Shown here piece by piece: positions 28,624-40,766 of a stretch of 64,000 bases of DNA. The position numbers and the translations under genes were made by a program. This DNA comes from an uncultured Planctomycetaceae bacterium (lineage in GTDB: Bacteria > Planctomycetota > Planctomycetia > Isosphaerales > Isosphaeraceae), in the NCBI GenBank assembly GCA_963833985.1, contig CAWIAD010000001.1, positions 2,528,001 to 2,592,000 on the forward strand, in the 5' to 3' direction. A model generated the notes under the pieces. The model did not search any database. It saw only the letters and a list, made by a program, of their open reading frames with translations, and was not told where the DNA came from. Position 1 is the stretch's first letter. The number at the start of each line of letters is the position of its first letter.

Positions 28624-30266
28624 TTGATACGAGAAACCGTTGGCCATCTTCGAGATCTGCCCCGCTACCGGCAAATCCTCTCGACGCTGGTGCGCTACGG
28701 CTATCACGACGTGGTCGCGGCGCTCCATCTGGAGAGCATTGTGCGCCGCTCGAGCGGGTGGCAATGGGGGCCGACGCCATCCCCCAGGATCGGCCTCGCC
28801 GGCTGCGGCTGGTCTGCGAGGACCTGGGACCAACGTTCGTGAAGCTGGGCCAGGTGCTCAGCACCCGTCCGGACATCATTCCCGAGTCTTACACCGTCGA
28901 ACTGGCAGCACTGCGGGACGATGTCCGCCCCTTCCCGTTCAGCCAGGTAGAGAAGATCCTGGCCGAAGATTACCATGCGCCGCCGGATGAGGTGTTCCGG
29001 ACCATCGAGAAGGAGCCCGTGGCCTCCGCCTCGATCTCCCAGGTTCACCGCGCCATCCTGCTCGACGGCCGTACGGTGGCCTTGAAGATCCGCCGGCCGG
29101 ACATTCTCCGGGTGGTGCAGGCGGATCTTGACATCCTCAAGAACCTTGCCCAGCTTGCCGAACGCCACCTGCCCGCGCTGGCACCCTACAAGCCGCTGGC
29201 AATGGCACGCGAATTTGAACGCAGCCTGAAACGCGAGCTCGATTTCACGGTCGAGCGGCGCACCATGCAGCGATGCTCAAACCAGTTCGCCGACGACCCT
29301 TCCGCGCATATCCCGTTCACGATCGACGCCTTCTCCACCCATCGCGTGATCGCCATGGAGTTCATCGGGGGCGTCGGTGTGGGCGACCTGGACGGCATCC
29401 GCGCGCTGGGCGCCGAGCCTGCCCAGGTGGCCGTGACCGGGGCGCGGATCCTCCTGCGGCAGATCTTCGAGTTCGGCTTCTTCCACGCCGATCCTCACCC
29501 CGGCAACCTGCGCGTGCTCGAGGGCGGGGTCGTGGCGCCGCTCGATTACGGCATGTTCGGCCAGCTCGACGTGCGTACCCGAGAGCGAATCGCCGACCTC
29601 CTGGCCGGGCTGATCACTCAGGACCCCGATCGCGTCCTGGCCGCTCTGGACGCGCTCGACGTCCGCGGCGAGCAAGTGGACCCCAGGGCCCTGCGCCGCG
29701 ACGTCAGCGAACTGGTGCACACCTACTCCGAGCTGACTCTCGACCACATCAATCTCAGCTTGCTGCTGCGCGAGCTGATCGCGTTCATCCGCACGCACCA
29801 GTTGCACATTCCACCGGACCTCGTGCTCCTGATCCGCTCACTGGTGACCATCGAGAGCGTCGGCCGCCAGCTCGACCCGCACTTCGACATTGCGCGACAG
29901 CTCGAGCCCTTCCTCCGCGAGCTCTCGCTGCGCCGCTTTCATCCCTACCGCCTGCTCCGGGAAACAACGCAGACGGTGGAGAACCTTCAGCGCATCGGTA
30001 CGCTCCTGCCGGACCTGCTCAGCCAGTCGCTCGACTCGATCAAGCGCGGGGAGCTCAACGTCCGGTTCGACCTGCAAGGCTTCGAACGCCTGGTGCGGCA
30101 GCTCACTAGGGCGAGCAACACGCTCGCCATCGGCATCGTCATCGCCGGCCTGCTCGTGGCATCGTCTCTGGTACTGCGGGGAGGGGCGGCCTCGCTGGCG
30201 TACTCTGGGTTTGCCTGCGGCATGATTCTGAGCATCTGGCTGATCTGGAACATGTCGCGCGGTTGA
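28624..30266 (+). CDS. ubiB: ABC1/UbiB/AarF atypical kinase; frameshift near 28746
   Basis: LGPTFVKLGQVLSTRPD, ASASISQVH, FFHADPHPGN, DYGM; the N-terminus lies in ORF 28624..28842. Confidence 0.9.
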
Positions 30267-30283
30267 GCCGGCCTGCGGGGCGG

Positions 30284-31453
30284 TCATGTCCGGATGCGGT
30301 CCCACCGCCAGGCGGCGATCATCGCGAAGACGAAAAGCGGCAGCCAGGCAGCGAGCGACGCGCTCAGCAGGGCGTTGTCTCCCACGTATTCGCAGATCAG
30401 CAGCCCCACGTAGAACATCGCGGAATTCCCCAGGGCGAAACCCAGGTTGATGAACATGTTGCGGCCGTAACCGCCGAGCACCAGCGGCAGGCTCATGAAC
30501 AGCAGGTTGAGCGCCAGGAACGGCCGCATGACCCGGAAGTGGATCTTCACGGCGATTTCGGACCGGTCAGAGGCCTCGCTGCCCGGGTCGGAGAGGCCGT
30601 CAATCAGCTCGGCCATCGAAGCGTACTTGTGCCAGCCCATCTTCCGCGTCATCACCTTGAAGGTCAGCGAGGTGCGCAGGAAGTACGTTTCACCCCCCTG
30701 GATTGGCTGGCTGCCAAACTGCCGCGGGAAACCGGTCAGGTCCTTGACCAGGGTGATGATGGATGCGCCGGGCTCGAGCTGATCGGGTTCCACGGGGGGT
30801 TCAAGCGAGGCGCCCCGCACCAGCCAGCCCCCCTTCAGCGGCGCCGTGGGGTGATCGTCGGGAATGTACGTGGCCTGCTTGGCTTCCAGCTTGCGAAGGC
30901 CGCCGAATACCGATTCAGGAATCGTGGCGTTGAACCGGTTGATGATTGTCCGCGTGGCGCGGTCTGCCTCGCTGCCATCGATCAGAATGCGCCGCGAGTC
31001 GTAGTGGCTGGGAACGAGCACCTTGCTATTGCCGTCGTCCGCGTGATCTTTCTGGATCTCCTCGGCGAGGTGCGGGATGACGATTTCCTGGTTGGCCACC
31101 GAGAGACAGCTGACGATCAGCGACGCGAAGAGCACCGGCCGGATCGCCCGGTGAGTGCTGATGCCGGCAGCCAGCATCGCCAGGTGCTCGTTGTTGCGCT
31201 GCATCCAGGTCACCGTGAAGATGGCGGCCATCATGCCGATCACGCTGCCCAGCTGATCAAAATAGAGCGACTGATGCACCAGGTAGTAGCGGCCCATCAC
31301 CTTGATCAGCTCGAAGAAGCCCTCGGCCCGTTTCATGAATTCATCGAGATTGCTGAACGCGTCGATCACGATGTAGAGTCCGACCAGCGAGACGTAGCAG
31401 GTGAAGTACGCCTTGAAGAAGGCCCACAACCGCTGGCGATCCAGAATTCGCAT
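30284..31453 (-). CDS. lptG: LptF/LptG family permease (LptG-like)
   Basis: MRILDR.., RNNEHLAMLAAGIS, C-terminal LAAWLPLFVF. Confidence 0.8.
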   Translation of the reverse strand: MRILDRQRLWAFFKAYFTCYVSLVGLYIVIDAFSNLDEFMKRAEGFFELIKVMGRYYLVHQSLYFDQLGSVIGMMAAIFTVTWMQRNNEHLAMLAAGISTHRAIRPVLFASLIVSCLSVANQEIVIPHLAEEIQKDHADDGNSKVLVPSHYDSRRILIDGSEADRATRTIINRFNATIPESVFGGLRKLEAKQATYIPDDHPTAPLKGGWLVRGASLEPPVEPDQLEPGASIITLVKDLTGFPRQFGSQPIQGGETYFLRTSLTFKVMTRKMGWHKYASMAELIDGLSDPGSEASDRSEIAVKIHFRVMRPFLALNLLFMSLPLVLGGYGRNMFINLGFALGNSAMFYVGLLICEYVGDNALLSASLAAWLPLFVFAMIAAWRWDRIRT

Positions 31454-31518
31454 GGTCGTGACTCCCACCCTCGATGGGGTGCGCGGCACGCGCCGCGCAC
31501 AGTCCAGCGGAACACGCG

Positions 31519-32730
31519 TCAGTGCTTGATGATCTTGGGGTAAACCCAGACCGAGAGGACGATCAGGACCAGGTTGCCAATCCAGAGGGCTTTCATCGGG
31601 TCCATCGTTCCTTCCTTGCCCAGGTTCATTCCAAAGAGCATGAGCGGATAGTAGACCGTGATGATCGGCACGAAGCAGGACATGAAGGCGCTCAGGAAGT
31701 CGCGCTTCGCGAAGAGGATACCGACCGGGGCGCCGAGGATGACGAACAGCAGGCTGCCAAAGGCCATCGAGGAGCGGAGCTGCTTCTCCGTCTCGAACTG
31801 GTTGACTCGCGACTGCCAGTACATGTGTTCCATGAACGCGCGCTGAACCTGGTCCCACTTGACGTCGTCGAGCCGGCCGGTGGCGAACTGGAACCCCACG
31901 ATCATGGCCTGCCGCTTGCGGTCCGTGGCCATTTTCTGGCGCACCTTGGCCAGCTCGCGTTCGATCTCGTCGTTGGGGTGTTCCTGGATCGAGGGCTCCA
32001 GTGTGAACTGGCTTTCCTGGGGGATGGGAATATCCAGGATGTTCCGGTTGATCAGGGCGACATCGTCATCCTTCCCATAGTTTTGCAGCTCGGACTGGTC
32101 CAGGTGCACGCGAACCAGCTTCTCCTTCTCCATGAATTGAAGCCGGGCCCGCTTGGCGAAGATCGTGGCACTGTAGGTGTCGGTGTTGTCCTTGTTCTTG
32201 GCCCGCTTGTTGAAGGTGGCGTCGATCATGTCCCTTCCTTCGACGTCACGGACCTTGATCAGAAACGGCCAGCGCGCGTTGTTGAACTCGCGGTCGCGCC
32301 GCAGGAATTTGTAGAAGGTGTCCTCGAGATCCTTGAACAGGACGAGCTTCGCCTGATGAGCGCTGCGGGGAATCCAGCCACGGCTCACATAGAACAGGAA
32401 CCCGCTGATCACCGCGGCCAGGAAGAGGGTGGGCCAGATCATCGTCATGACCGACAGGCCAGCCGACTTGATCGCGATGATCTCGTTGTCGCCGGCGATG
32501 CGCCCGTAAACCACCGTGACCGAGAAGAGCAGCGACACGGGCATCGTGTAGGGCAGCGTGCTGGGGATCACGTATGGAACGAGATGGGCGATGTCCTCCG
32601 GCGAGAGCAGCCGGCTCCTCATCGCCTCGGCCGCGACCATGAACAGCACGAAGATGGCCGTCATGGTCACGAGCGAGAGCAGGAAGGCGCGCAGCACCTC
32701 TCCGGAAACGTACCGCTGTAGAATGTTCAA
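31519..32730 (-). CDS. lptF: LptF/LptG family permease (LptF-like)
   Basis: ILQRYV..E, YGRIAGDNEIIAIKSAGLS, LGAPVGI, WIGN. Confidence 0.8.
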   Translation of the reverse strand: MNILQRYVSGEVLRAFLLSLVTMTAIFVLFMVAAEAMRSRLLSPEDIAHLVPYVIPSTLPYTMPVSLLFSVTVVYGRIAGDNEIIAIKSAGLSVMTMIWPTLFLAAVISGFLFYVSRGWIPRSAHQAKLVLFKDLEDTFYKFLRRDREFNNARWPFLIKVRDVEGRDMIDATFNKRAKNKDNTDTYSATIFAKRARLQFMEKEKLVRVHLDQSELQNYGKDDDVALINRNILDIPIPQESQFTLEPSIQEHPNDEIERELAKVRQKMATDRKRQAMIVGFQFATGRLDDVKWDQVQRAFMEHMYWQSRVNQFETEKQLRSSMAFGSLLFVILGAPVGILFAKRDFLSAFMSCFVPIITVYYPLMLFGMNLGKEGTMDPMKALWIGNLVLIVLSVWVYPKIIKH

Positions 32731-32829
32731 GACGGTCTCCCCCAGATTTGCATCCGTGCCCCAGGTCAACCGCGTAAGTCCTATCTGCCGGCCAGGTTCC
32801 GTGCCGGCAGCAGCCTGTGTCAGGCCAGG

Positions 32830-34212
32830 CTATCCGACGGCTTCGAGCGCCCCGCGAAGGGCCGCTCCCAGACGGCGCGCGCCCTCCTCCAGCTCCGACT
32901 CCGTGGGCACGCCGAACGTGAGCCGCAGGTGGTTCCGGGGAACCGGCGCCGGCTCGGGGGCGAAGGCATACTCGCCCGGCACGTACAGGACGCCCTCTTG
33001 CAGGCAGCGAGGAAAGAGAGGCCCCTCAAAGCCCGTGTCCACCTCCTCGGGAACGGTCAGCCAGACGAACAGTCCGCCATTGGGCTGCGTCCAGTGCACG
33101 CCAGCGCGCACCGGTGCCAGGTGGCGCTCCAGCGCGTCCAGGAACACGTCCCGCTTCTTGCCGTAAAGCTCGCGCAAGCGCGCCACGTGACGATCATACT
33201 CGCCGCTGGCCAGCGTCTGCTGAAGCCATTGCTGATTGAAGTTGGCGGAGCCGAAGTCATGGTTCCCCTTCAATCTCAGAATCGGATCGATCAAGCCCCG
33301 GGGCAGGACCCCGTAGCCGATCTTGACCCCCGGGCTGAAGGTCTTGCTGAAGGTGCGGGCCAGGATGACCGTCTCGGCCTCGTGGTCCAGGCTCCAGAGG
33401 CTGTGCGGCTCGGTCACGCCATAAGACAGCCCATGGTAAGCGGCATCCTCCAGCAAGAAGATTCGCCGGCCCGCCAGCCCTGACCAGCGCCGTACCAGCT
33501 CCACCAGGGCCTGCCGCCGGCTCGAAGCCAGGCTGATCCCCGTCGGGTTGGCATGCTCGGGGATCGTGTAGATGAGCTTGACGCGCTGCAACTGGCCGTC
33601 GTCACGAAGCCGGGCCAGCGTTCGTTCCAGCGCGTCGGTCCGCAAACCCTGCTCGTCGATCTGGACCCGGATCGCACGGGCGCCCCGGGTCTCTACCGGC
33701 CCCAGGAAGACAAAATAGGTGGGCGACTCGACCAGCACGATATCGCCCGGGTCCAGCAGCGCCTCACAGACCAGGTAGATGAGCTGGGCCGAGCCCGTCG
33801 TCACCACGGTCCGTGAGATCGCATCGTGATAGGTCCCCGGCGCGACGCCCTCGGTGCGCTCGAGCCGTTCGATCAGCCCGGTCCGCAAGCCGGCATGGCC
33901 AATCGTCGTACCATACTGGAGCGACCTGCGGCCCTCGGTCTCGCTGGCAAACAGAGCCGAGAGCGATCGGGCACTGACGTCCACGGGAAGCGATTGCTGG
34001 TCCACGAAGCCAGCCGCCAGCGACACGATCGCGGGGTTCTCGAGCGCCGTCTGCATCAGGTTGGTGATCGAGGGGGGACTGGTCCGGATGGCGGCCTTGC
34101 TCAGGGGAATCCGCAACGTCGTGGCGGGCGCGGGCTGGTCCAGGGAAGACAGTTCTTCCGAGGCGCGTGGTACTTTAGCCACCCGCGAGGCGGTGTCAAG
34201 CTCGATTTGCAT
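32830..34212 (-). CDS. PLP-dependent aminotransferase, class I (2-aminoadipate transaminase/MocR-like)
   Basis: SLAAGF, LQYG, NPTG, EDAAY, TFSKTFSPGVKIG, GGLFVW, LRLTF. Confidence 0.9.
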   Translation of the reverse strand: MQIELDTASRVAKVPRASEELSSLDQPAPATTLRIPLSKAAIRTSPPSITNLMQTALENPAIVSLAAGFVDQQSLPVDVSARSLSALFASETEGRRSLQYGTTIGHAGLRTGLIERLERTEGVAPGTYHDAISRTVVTTGSAQLIYLVCEALLDPGDIVLVESPTYFVFLGPVETRGARAIRVQIDEQGLRTDALERTLARLRDDGQLQRVKLIYTIPEHANPTGISLASSRRQALVELVRRWSGLAGRRIFLLEDAAYHGLSYGVTEPHSLWSLDHEAETVILARTFSKTFSPGVKIGYGVLPRGLIDPILRLKGNHDFGSANFNQQWLQQTLASGEYDRHVARLRELYGKKRDVFLDALERHLAPVRAGVHWTQPNGGLFVWLTVPEEVDTGFEGPLFPRCLQEGVLYVPGEYAFAPEPAPVPRNHLRLTFGVPTESELEEGARRLGAALRGALEAVG

Positions 34213-34527
34213 GCAATCCTCTCGCCGCGTGCCGCGGCCGCTCAATCCTGGCGGGAAGCCTGGTCTGCCCCCGGGGGAAACAGACCAATCCAGGCTTGCT
34301 CGTGTAGCCGGTCTCCTGACGTCCGCCCCCCTGGACACTCCCGGAGCGACAGCGGTTCGGTCCGACGGCTTACCGAGCGCGGCCCGTTCGCCCGTGGCGG
34401 CTTCGTCGCCGCCCGGCCGTCGCCCACACCTACAACCTTGCATTCTAAACCTTTCCCAGGCGGCATCGTAGCCCCGGGTCCCGGAAAAAGCCCCCAGTTC
34501 CGGCATGCCTTGCTCGCCCCCTCGCGT

Positions 34528-35454
34528 TCAGGCCGCCTGCTCGTCGCTCTCGTTCCAGAACAGATAATCGTTGCTGTTGGTCGGGTGCATCCGGATTTGC
34601 TGTTCCAGCACATCCATGAAATGCTGGACCCAGTACCCGGTCTGCCCCTGTGTTTCCGCGTCCGCCGGGACGTGGAACGCAGGGCGAAAGTCGATGTGAT
34701 AGCGCCTGTCCTGCCCGACCCGGCAGGAGACGATGACCACGGGCGACTGGCTCAGGCCCGCGAGCACGATCCACGTGGTGGAGAACCTCAGCCTCCGGCC
34801 CAGGAAGTGCGCTTCCTCGGTCATCTGGCCCGACCACCGCACGTCGCCAGCCAGGAACAGCAGCATTCCTGAACGGAGCACCCGGGCGGCCCGCAGGATG
34901 GAACTGGCTGCATCCTTGGAGTCCCCCTTGCGGGAGATGAACAGCTTGTCCTGGCTGAGCGGGCCCTCACTGGCGAAGCGCTCGACCATGAAACGCGAGA
35001 CATTGCGGGGACGCTCCATGTACAGGCGGAGCGGATATTGATGGCGGTACAGCCAGTGCGCGGGGAGCATGTGCGCGCCGAAGTGGCTGGTCAGCACTAT
35101 GCAACCCTTTCCTTCGGCCACGGCCGCGTCCAGGTGTTCCTGGCCGCTGACGCGAAACATGGCCTCGGCCCGCTGGTCCGACACCCCGTCGAGCAGCATG
35201 TCGCGCGTCCGCCAGAGAATCTGATTGCCGCACAACTCCCGGCTCACGGCAGGGACGTCCCAGTCGCTCGCGAGGATGTCGTTCGCCTGCCCGACCGCTC
35301 TGTCGAATCCAGCACGCAAGTGCTTGTGCAGCCGGTACTCGAGCTGACCGAACCCCGAGAGCAATCTCGAGGCTGTGGTGAGCGGCAGCCAGCGGATAAA
35401 CGGCAAAATCCCTTTCAGGAAGCCTTTACGTATATTGCGACCGCGTCGCTCCAT
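34528..35454 (-). CDS. lipid A lauroyl/lysophospholipid acyltransferase family (LpxL/HtrB-like)
   Basis: GQEHLDAA..GKGCIVLTSHFG, LAGDV, EQQIRMHP..W. HFGAHM lacks the usual Hx4D/E acidic residue. Confidence 0.78.
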   Translation of the reverse strand: MERRGRNIRKGFLKGILPFIRWLPLTTASRLLSGFGQLEYRLHKHLRAGFDRAVGQANDILASDWDVPAVSRELCGNQILWRTRDMLLDGVSDQRAEAMFRVSGQEHLDAAVAEGKGCIVLTSHFGAHMLPAHWLYRHQYPLRLYMERPRNVSRFMVERFASEGPLSQDKLFISRKGDSKDAASSILRAARVLRSGMLLFLAGDVRWSGQMTEEAHFLGRRLRFSTTWIVLAGLSQSPVVIVSCRVGQDRRYHIDFRPAFHVPADAETQGQTGYWVQHFMDVLEQQIRMHPTNSNDYLFWNESDEQAA

Positions 35455-35689
35455 CGACCGCCCCCCCTCAATTCATGCCGGCCAGCCGGGAAGTTGCCGT
35501 TTCCGGCCCCGGACCGAGCACTGCCGGCGGGCGAGAGTTTGTCACGCGGCGTTGCACCTGGCAACGCCAAAATCCGGGCCCCGGGGCGCCCGCAGGAAAG
35601 ATATCGGCAATCCAGGGGTCGCGGCTGCGGAATCCGCGGGACCGGCAGGCAGGCCGGGTGAGAAAGCCGGGGGCTCGCCCGGCGTGCCT

Positions 35690-36424
35690 TCAGCGGCTCG
35701 CCCGCCGGGCGGGAATCTCGTCCTCGGAGAGGTAGAGCAGCCGGCCGCAGCTCTTGCAGAACATGAGCTGGTCGCCGTTGATGAGGTGATTGACCATCTG
35801 GGTCGTGACGGCCGTGAAGCAGCCCGAGCAGGCGCCGTTCTCGCAGGCGGCCAGGGCGTCGGCCCCGAACTGGCGAACGGTACGGCTGTACCGCTCACGG
35901 CAGTCTTCCGGAATCGAGACCTCGGCTTCCACGATCGCCTTTTCCAGTTCCTGAAGCTGTGCCTTGTGACCGGCGGCCTGGGATTCAATCTCGGCCTGGA
36001 TGGCGAGCACGTCCTGCTCGAACGACTTGAGCTCTCCCTCGAGCTTGGCCACGTCCGCGGTGTGAGTCTCGATCTGCTCGTAGATTTGCAGGATCTCATC
36101 CTCGATCTTGCTGATCGACGCCTTGTCGTGCGCAATCTGGTTTTGCAGGGCCTTGTACTCGTCGTTCTTCTTCACCTGATTCAGCTTGGCCTTCAGATCA
36201 TCGATCTTGGCTTGCTGGGCCTGCACGGTGTGCTCGTGCTTCTTGAGCTGGAGCTTGCTGTCTTGAAGAGTCTTGCGGGCCTTTTCGAGCTCGACGCGTC
36301 TGCCCGCGAGCGTGTTCTGGCGGGCGGCCAGGGTCCGCGGTGCCGCGATGAGACGGTCACGCAGGGCCTTGGCACGCTGGTGCAGGTGGTGGAGTTCGCG
36401 AAGGATTACAGCGGTCGCGGTCAT
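35690..36424 (-). CDS. coiled-coil plus C4 zinc-ribbon protein (DUF164/CT398-like)
   Basis: Long coiled coil, NDEYKALQNQI, CSGC..CKSCGRLLY. Confidence 0.9.
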   Translation of the reverse strand: MTATAVILRELHHLHQRAKALRDRLIAAPRTLAARQNTLAGRRVELEKARKTLQDSKLQLKKHEHTVQAQQAKIDDLKAKLNQVKKNDEYKALQNQIAHDKASISKIEDEILQIYEQIETHTADVAKLEGELKSFEQDVLAIQAEIESQAAGHKAQLQELEKAIVEAEVSIPEDCRERYSRTVRQFGADALAACENGACSGCFTAVTTQMVNHLINGDQLMFCKSCGRLLYLSEDEIPARRASR

Positions 36425-36492
36425 GAGTCACGGGCTCCATCGTGATCGTTGCAGTCGGCCGGGGAATTCGAGAACGGTTGCGATGGAACAAC

Positions 36493-36529
36493 AAAAAAAC
36501 CGCCGGTCGCCCTCAGGCGACCGGCGGTT
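36493..36529 (-). terminator. intrinsic terminator of dnaG-rpoD
   Basis: 14-bp perfect stem AACCGCCGGTCGCC-CTCA-GGCGACCGGCGGTT; the A7 on the plus strand is a U tract on the minus strand. Confidence 0.9.
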
Positions 36530-36540
36530 GAATGGCCGGT

Positions 36541-38214
<1,674 letters not shown>

Positions 38215-38258
38215 CCAGAAACCTCCCTCACGCACGGAACGACGGGTCAGGACGCGTC

Positions 38259-40190
38259 TTACTTCGTGTCCGGCCGCTGGTTCATGAGACGTCGATACTC
38301 TAACTGTAAGGCACGATAGGCGTCCGGGTCGCTCGACTCTTCCGTTTCGGCAAGTGCCCGGCGGATGTCGCCAAGCCGGTTTTGCCGCTCGCGCCGGGCC
38401 AGCGTGACGAGCACGCCCTTGAGGCGCTCTTGCCCGGAAGCGGGACGCACGTCCTCGGGCAAGGGCGCCGGGTCCAGGGGAAGCAGCAGACCTGCCGCCA
38501 GGGCACGAACCTGGGGGTCGTCGAGGCGGAGCATCACTTCCTGGGCGGTGGCTGCTCGGCCCTCGCCGTGCAGATCGTAACAGGCCTGCAAGATGGCTCG
38601 CAGAGGCGCATCGCGGAGCGATCCGACCGTGACGCGCGTAACCAGTTCGGCCACCAGCTCCGGCTCGCTCAGGACCACCTGGACCAGCTCGCGGTCGAGC
38701 GGGTCAAGATCGCCCAGGCGAAAGGGCACCGGGGGATCGGCAGCCTGCGCGGTCGCCGGATTGGCCTGGGCTGCGAACCGCGTCGGCACCGCGGCTGGAC
38801 CGGGGCCCGATCGGGGTGCACCCATGCCGGGCGAGGCGGCCTTCCTCAGCTCGCGTAAACGCTTGCTCAGAAGGTCGACCGGCTGGTTCAGGCGAACAGA
38901 CAGGTTGTCGAGAGACTTGGCCCATTTGACGTCCATACCCACGCGTTGCGAGGTCGGGATACGGCTGAGGATTCCCAGCACCCATTCCGCGGCCCGCCGC
39001 GCGCCCTCAATCGAGCCGGAGTCGAAGCGGGCGGCCGCTCGGTCGAGCACGAAGGCCAGCGGATCCACGGCCCTGGCGACGAGCTCGCGGAACGCGTCAG
39101 CCCCTTCTTTCAGGAGAAAGTCGCAGGGATCCAGGTTCGCGGGCAAGCTCAGGATGCGCACGTCGAGTTCGTGTCCCAGGAAGAATTCCAAGGCGCGGTC
39201 CGCGGCGTTCTGGCCGGCGGCGTCGCCGTCGAAGACGAGCACCACCAGATCCGCCAGGCGCCGCAGGCCCTGAACATGATCTGGACCCAGGGCCGTGCCC
39301 AGGGTGCCGACGACATTGCACAATCCCACCTGGTGCGCCGCGATGACGTCGGTGTAACCCTCAACGACGGCCACCCACTTTGCCTCGCGGCAGGCCGCCT
39401 TGGCACGGTCGGCCGCGTACAGCACCTTGCGTTTCTGAAAGAGGGCCGTCTCAGGGCTGTTAAGGTATTTTGCGACATTTTTCCCTTGCGAGGCCAATGC
39501 GCGTTCCACTTCGGGAAGAATTCGTCCGCCAAACCCGATCGCGCGGCCTCGCTCGTCATGAATGGGAAAGATCAGCCGACCCTGAAATCGCTCACGCACG
39601 GTCCCGGGCGAGTCTTCGGATTGCGACAGCAGTCCGGCTTGCTCCAGCAGCGCCGCGGGATAGCCTCGAGTCCGGCCCTCGGCGGCGAGCCAGCCCCGCT
39701 CGGGCATGGCATAGCCAAGGCGAAACTGTTCAATACTGGTGGCCGTCAAGCCGCGGTCCAGGGCGTAGGCTCTCGCCTGCGGCGAGCGGCTCAGGGCCCG
39801 CGCGAAGACTCCTTCCGCCCAGGCGCACACCGCCAGCAGGTCCGACTTCGACGGTCCGGCCGCCACGGCAGTGGCTGCGGACGCGGCAGGCGGCGGGCTC
39901 TCTAGCACAATACCTGCCCGCTCGGCCAGCATGCGCAACGCCTCGGGAAAGTCAACGTGTTCGTAGTTCTTGACAAAGTCGAAGACATCACCCCCGGCAC
40001 TACAGCTCCAGCACTTGTAAGACTGGCGCTCGGGGTTGATTTCCAGCGAGGGATTATGGTCGTCGTGGAACGGGCACAGTGCCTTGTACTTCGAACCGGC
40101 CCGTCGGAGGGGCAGATACTCGCCGACCAGCGCGACGATATCCACCGCGTTTTTAATGGCAACCTTGGTGGCGTCCGACTGTCGGGGCAC
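38259..40190 (-). CDS. dnaG: DNA primase
   Basis: CHC2 zinc finger [43 protein letters not shown]. Confidence 0.97.
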   Translation of the reverse strand: MPRQSDATKVAIKNAVDIVALVGEYLPLRRAGSKYKALCPFHDDHNPSLEINPERQSYKCWSCSAGGDVFDFVKNYEHVDFPEALRMLAERAGIVLESPPPAASAATAVAAGPSKSDLLAVCAWAEGVFARALSRSPQARAYALDRGLTATSIEQFRLGYAMPERGWLAAEGRTRGYPAALLEQAGLLSQSEDSPGTVRERFQGRLIFPIHDERGRAIGFGGRILPEVERALASQGKNVAKYLNSPETALFQKRKVLYAADRAKAACREAKWVAVVEGYTDVIAAHQVGLCNVVGTLGTALGPDHVQGLRRLADLVVLVFDGDAAGQNAADRALEFFLGHELDVRILSLPANLDPCDFLLKEGADAFRELVARAVDPLAFVLDRAAARFDSGSIEGARRAAEWVLGILSRIPTSQRVGMDVKWAKSLDNLSVRLNQPVDLLSKRLRELRKAASPGMGAPRSGPGPAAVPTRFAAQANPATAQAADPPVPFRLGDLDPLDRELVQVVLSEPELVAELVTRVTVGSLRDAPLRAILQACYDLHGEGRAATAQEVMLRLDDPQVRALAAGLLLPLDPAPLPEDVRPASGQERLKGVLVTLARRERQNRLGDIRRALAETEESSDPDAYRALQLEYRRLMNQRPDTK

Positions 40191-40317
40191 CGGGAGCTCC
40201 TGATAGACAGGCACGAGCCCGGGTCCATGGTTCGCAGTCGCGGGAGAACCGGCCAGCCGGTATCACCCCGCCCTCTGCTCACCGTGCCCTGTAGACATCA
40301 TTGCCGACAACAGGGGA

Positions 40318-40345
40318 ATTATAACCTCAAGCGTTTTTGGGTCAA
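40318..40345 (-). promoter_or_regulatory. sigma70-type promoter of dnaG-rpoD
   Basis: Minus strand TTGACC-N16-TATAAT. Confidence 0.65.
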
Positions 40346-40766
40346 GTTTTCCAGGCCTTCTGCCGACACTCCCGGCCCACGTGTAAGCCGGCATGATTTT
40401 AGCATTTATGTTGACGGCCCCGGTCCGCCTCATGGCCCGCCCCAGGACGCTTCCCAACCCGTGCTCCCCCGGCCTCGGGCCCGCGGAACCCGTTTGCGGC
40501 CGCACGCTGCCTTTGCCCAGTCTACTCACGACACTTAATATTCGCTCACCGATGTCCTACGAACCACGTGTCCAAGTCAAGACCTGCCCCCGGAATCGGC
40601 GGCCTCGCCAGGAAATTCCGATGAACCCTCGCGCAGGAGAAAGCAAGCACTCTCGAGCCGGAGCGGAGGTTGATGCGAAAATTCGAAAACATTCGGGGAT
40701 CCGCGTCCCGGAGCGACCGGTCGCGTGGCGAGACTTCCCGTAAGAAGCTGGCAGGAGCAAGACAGA

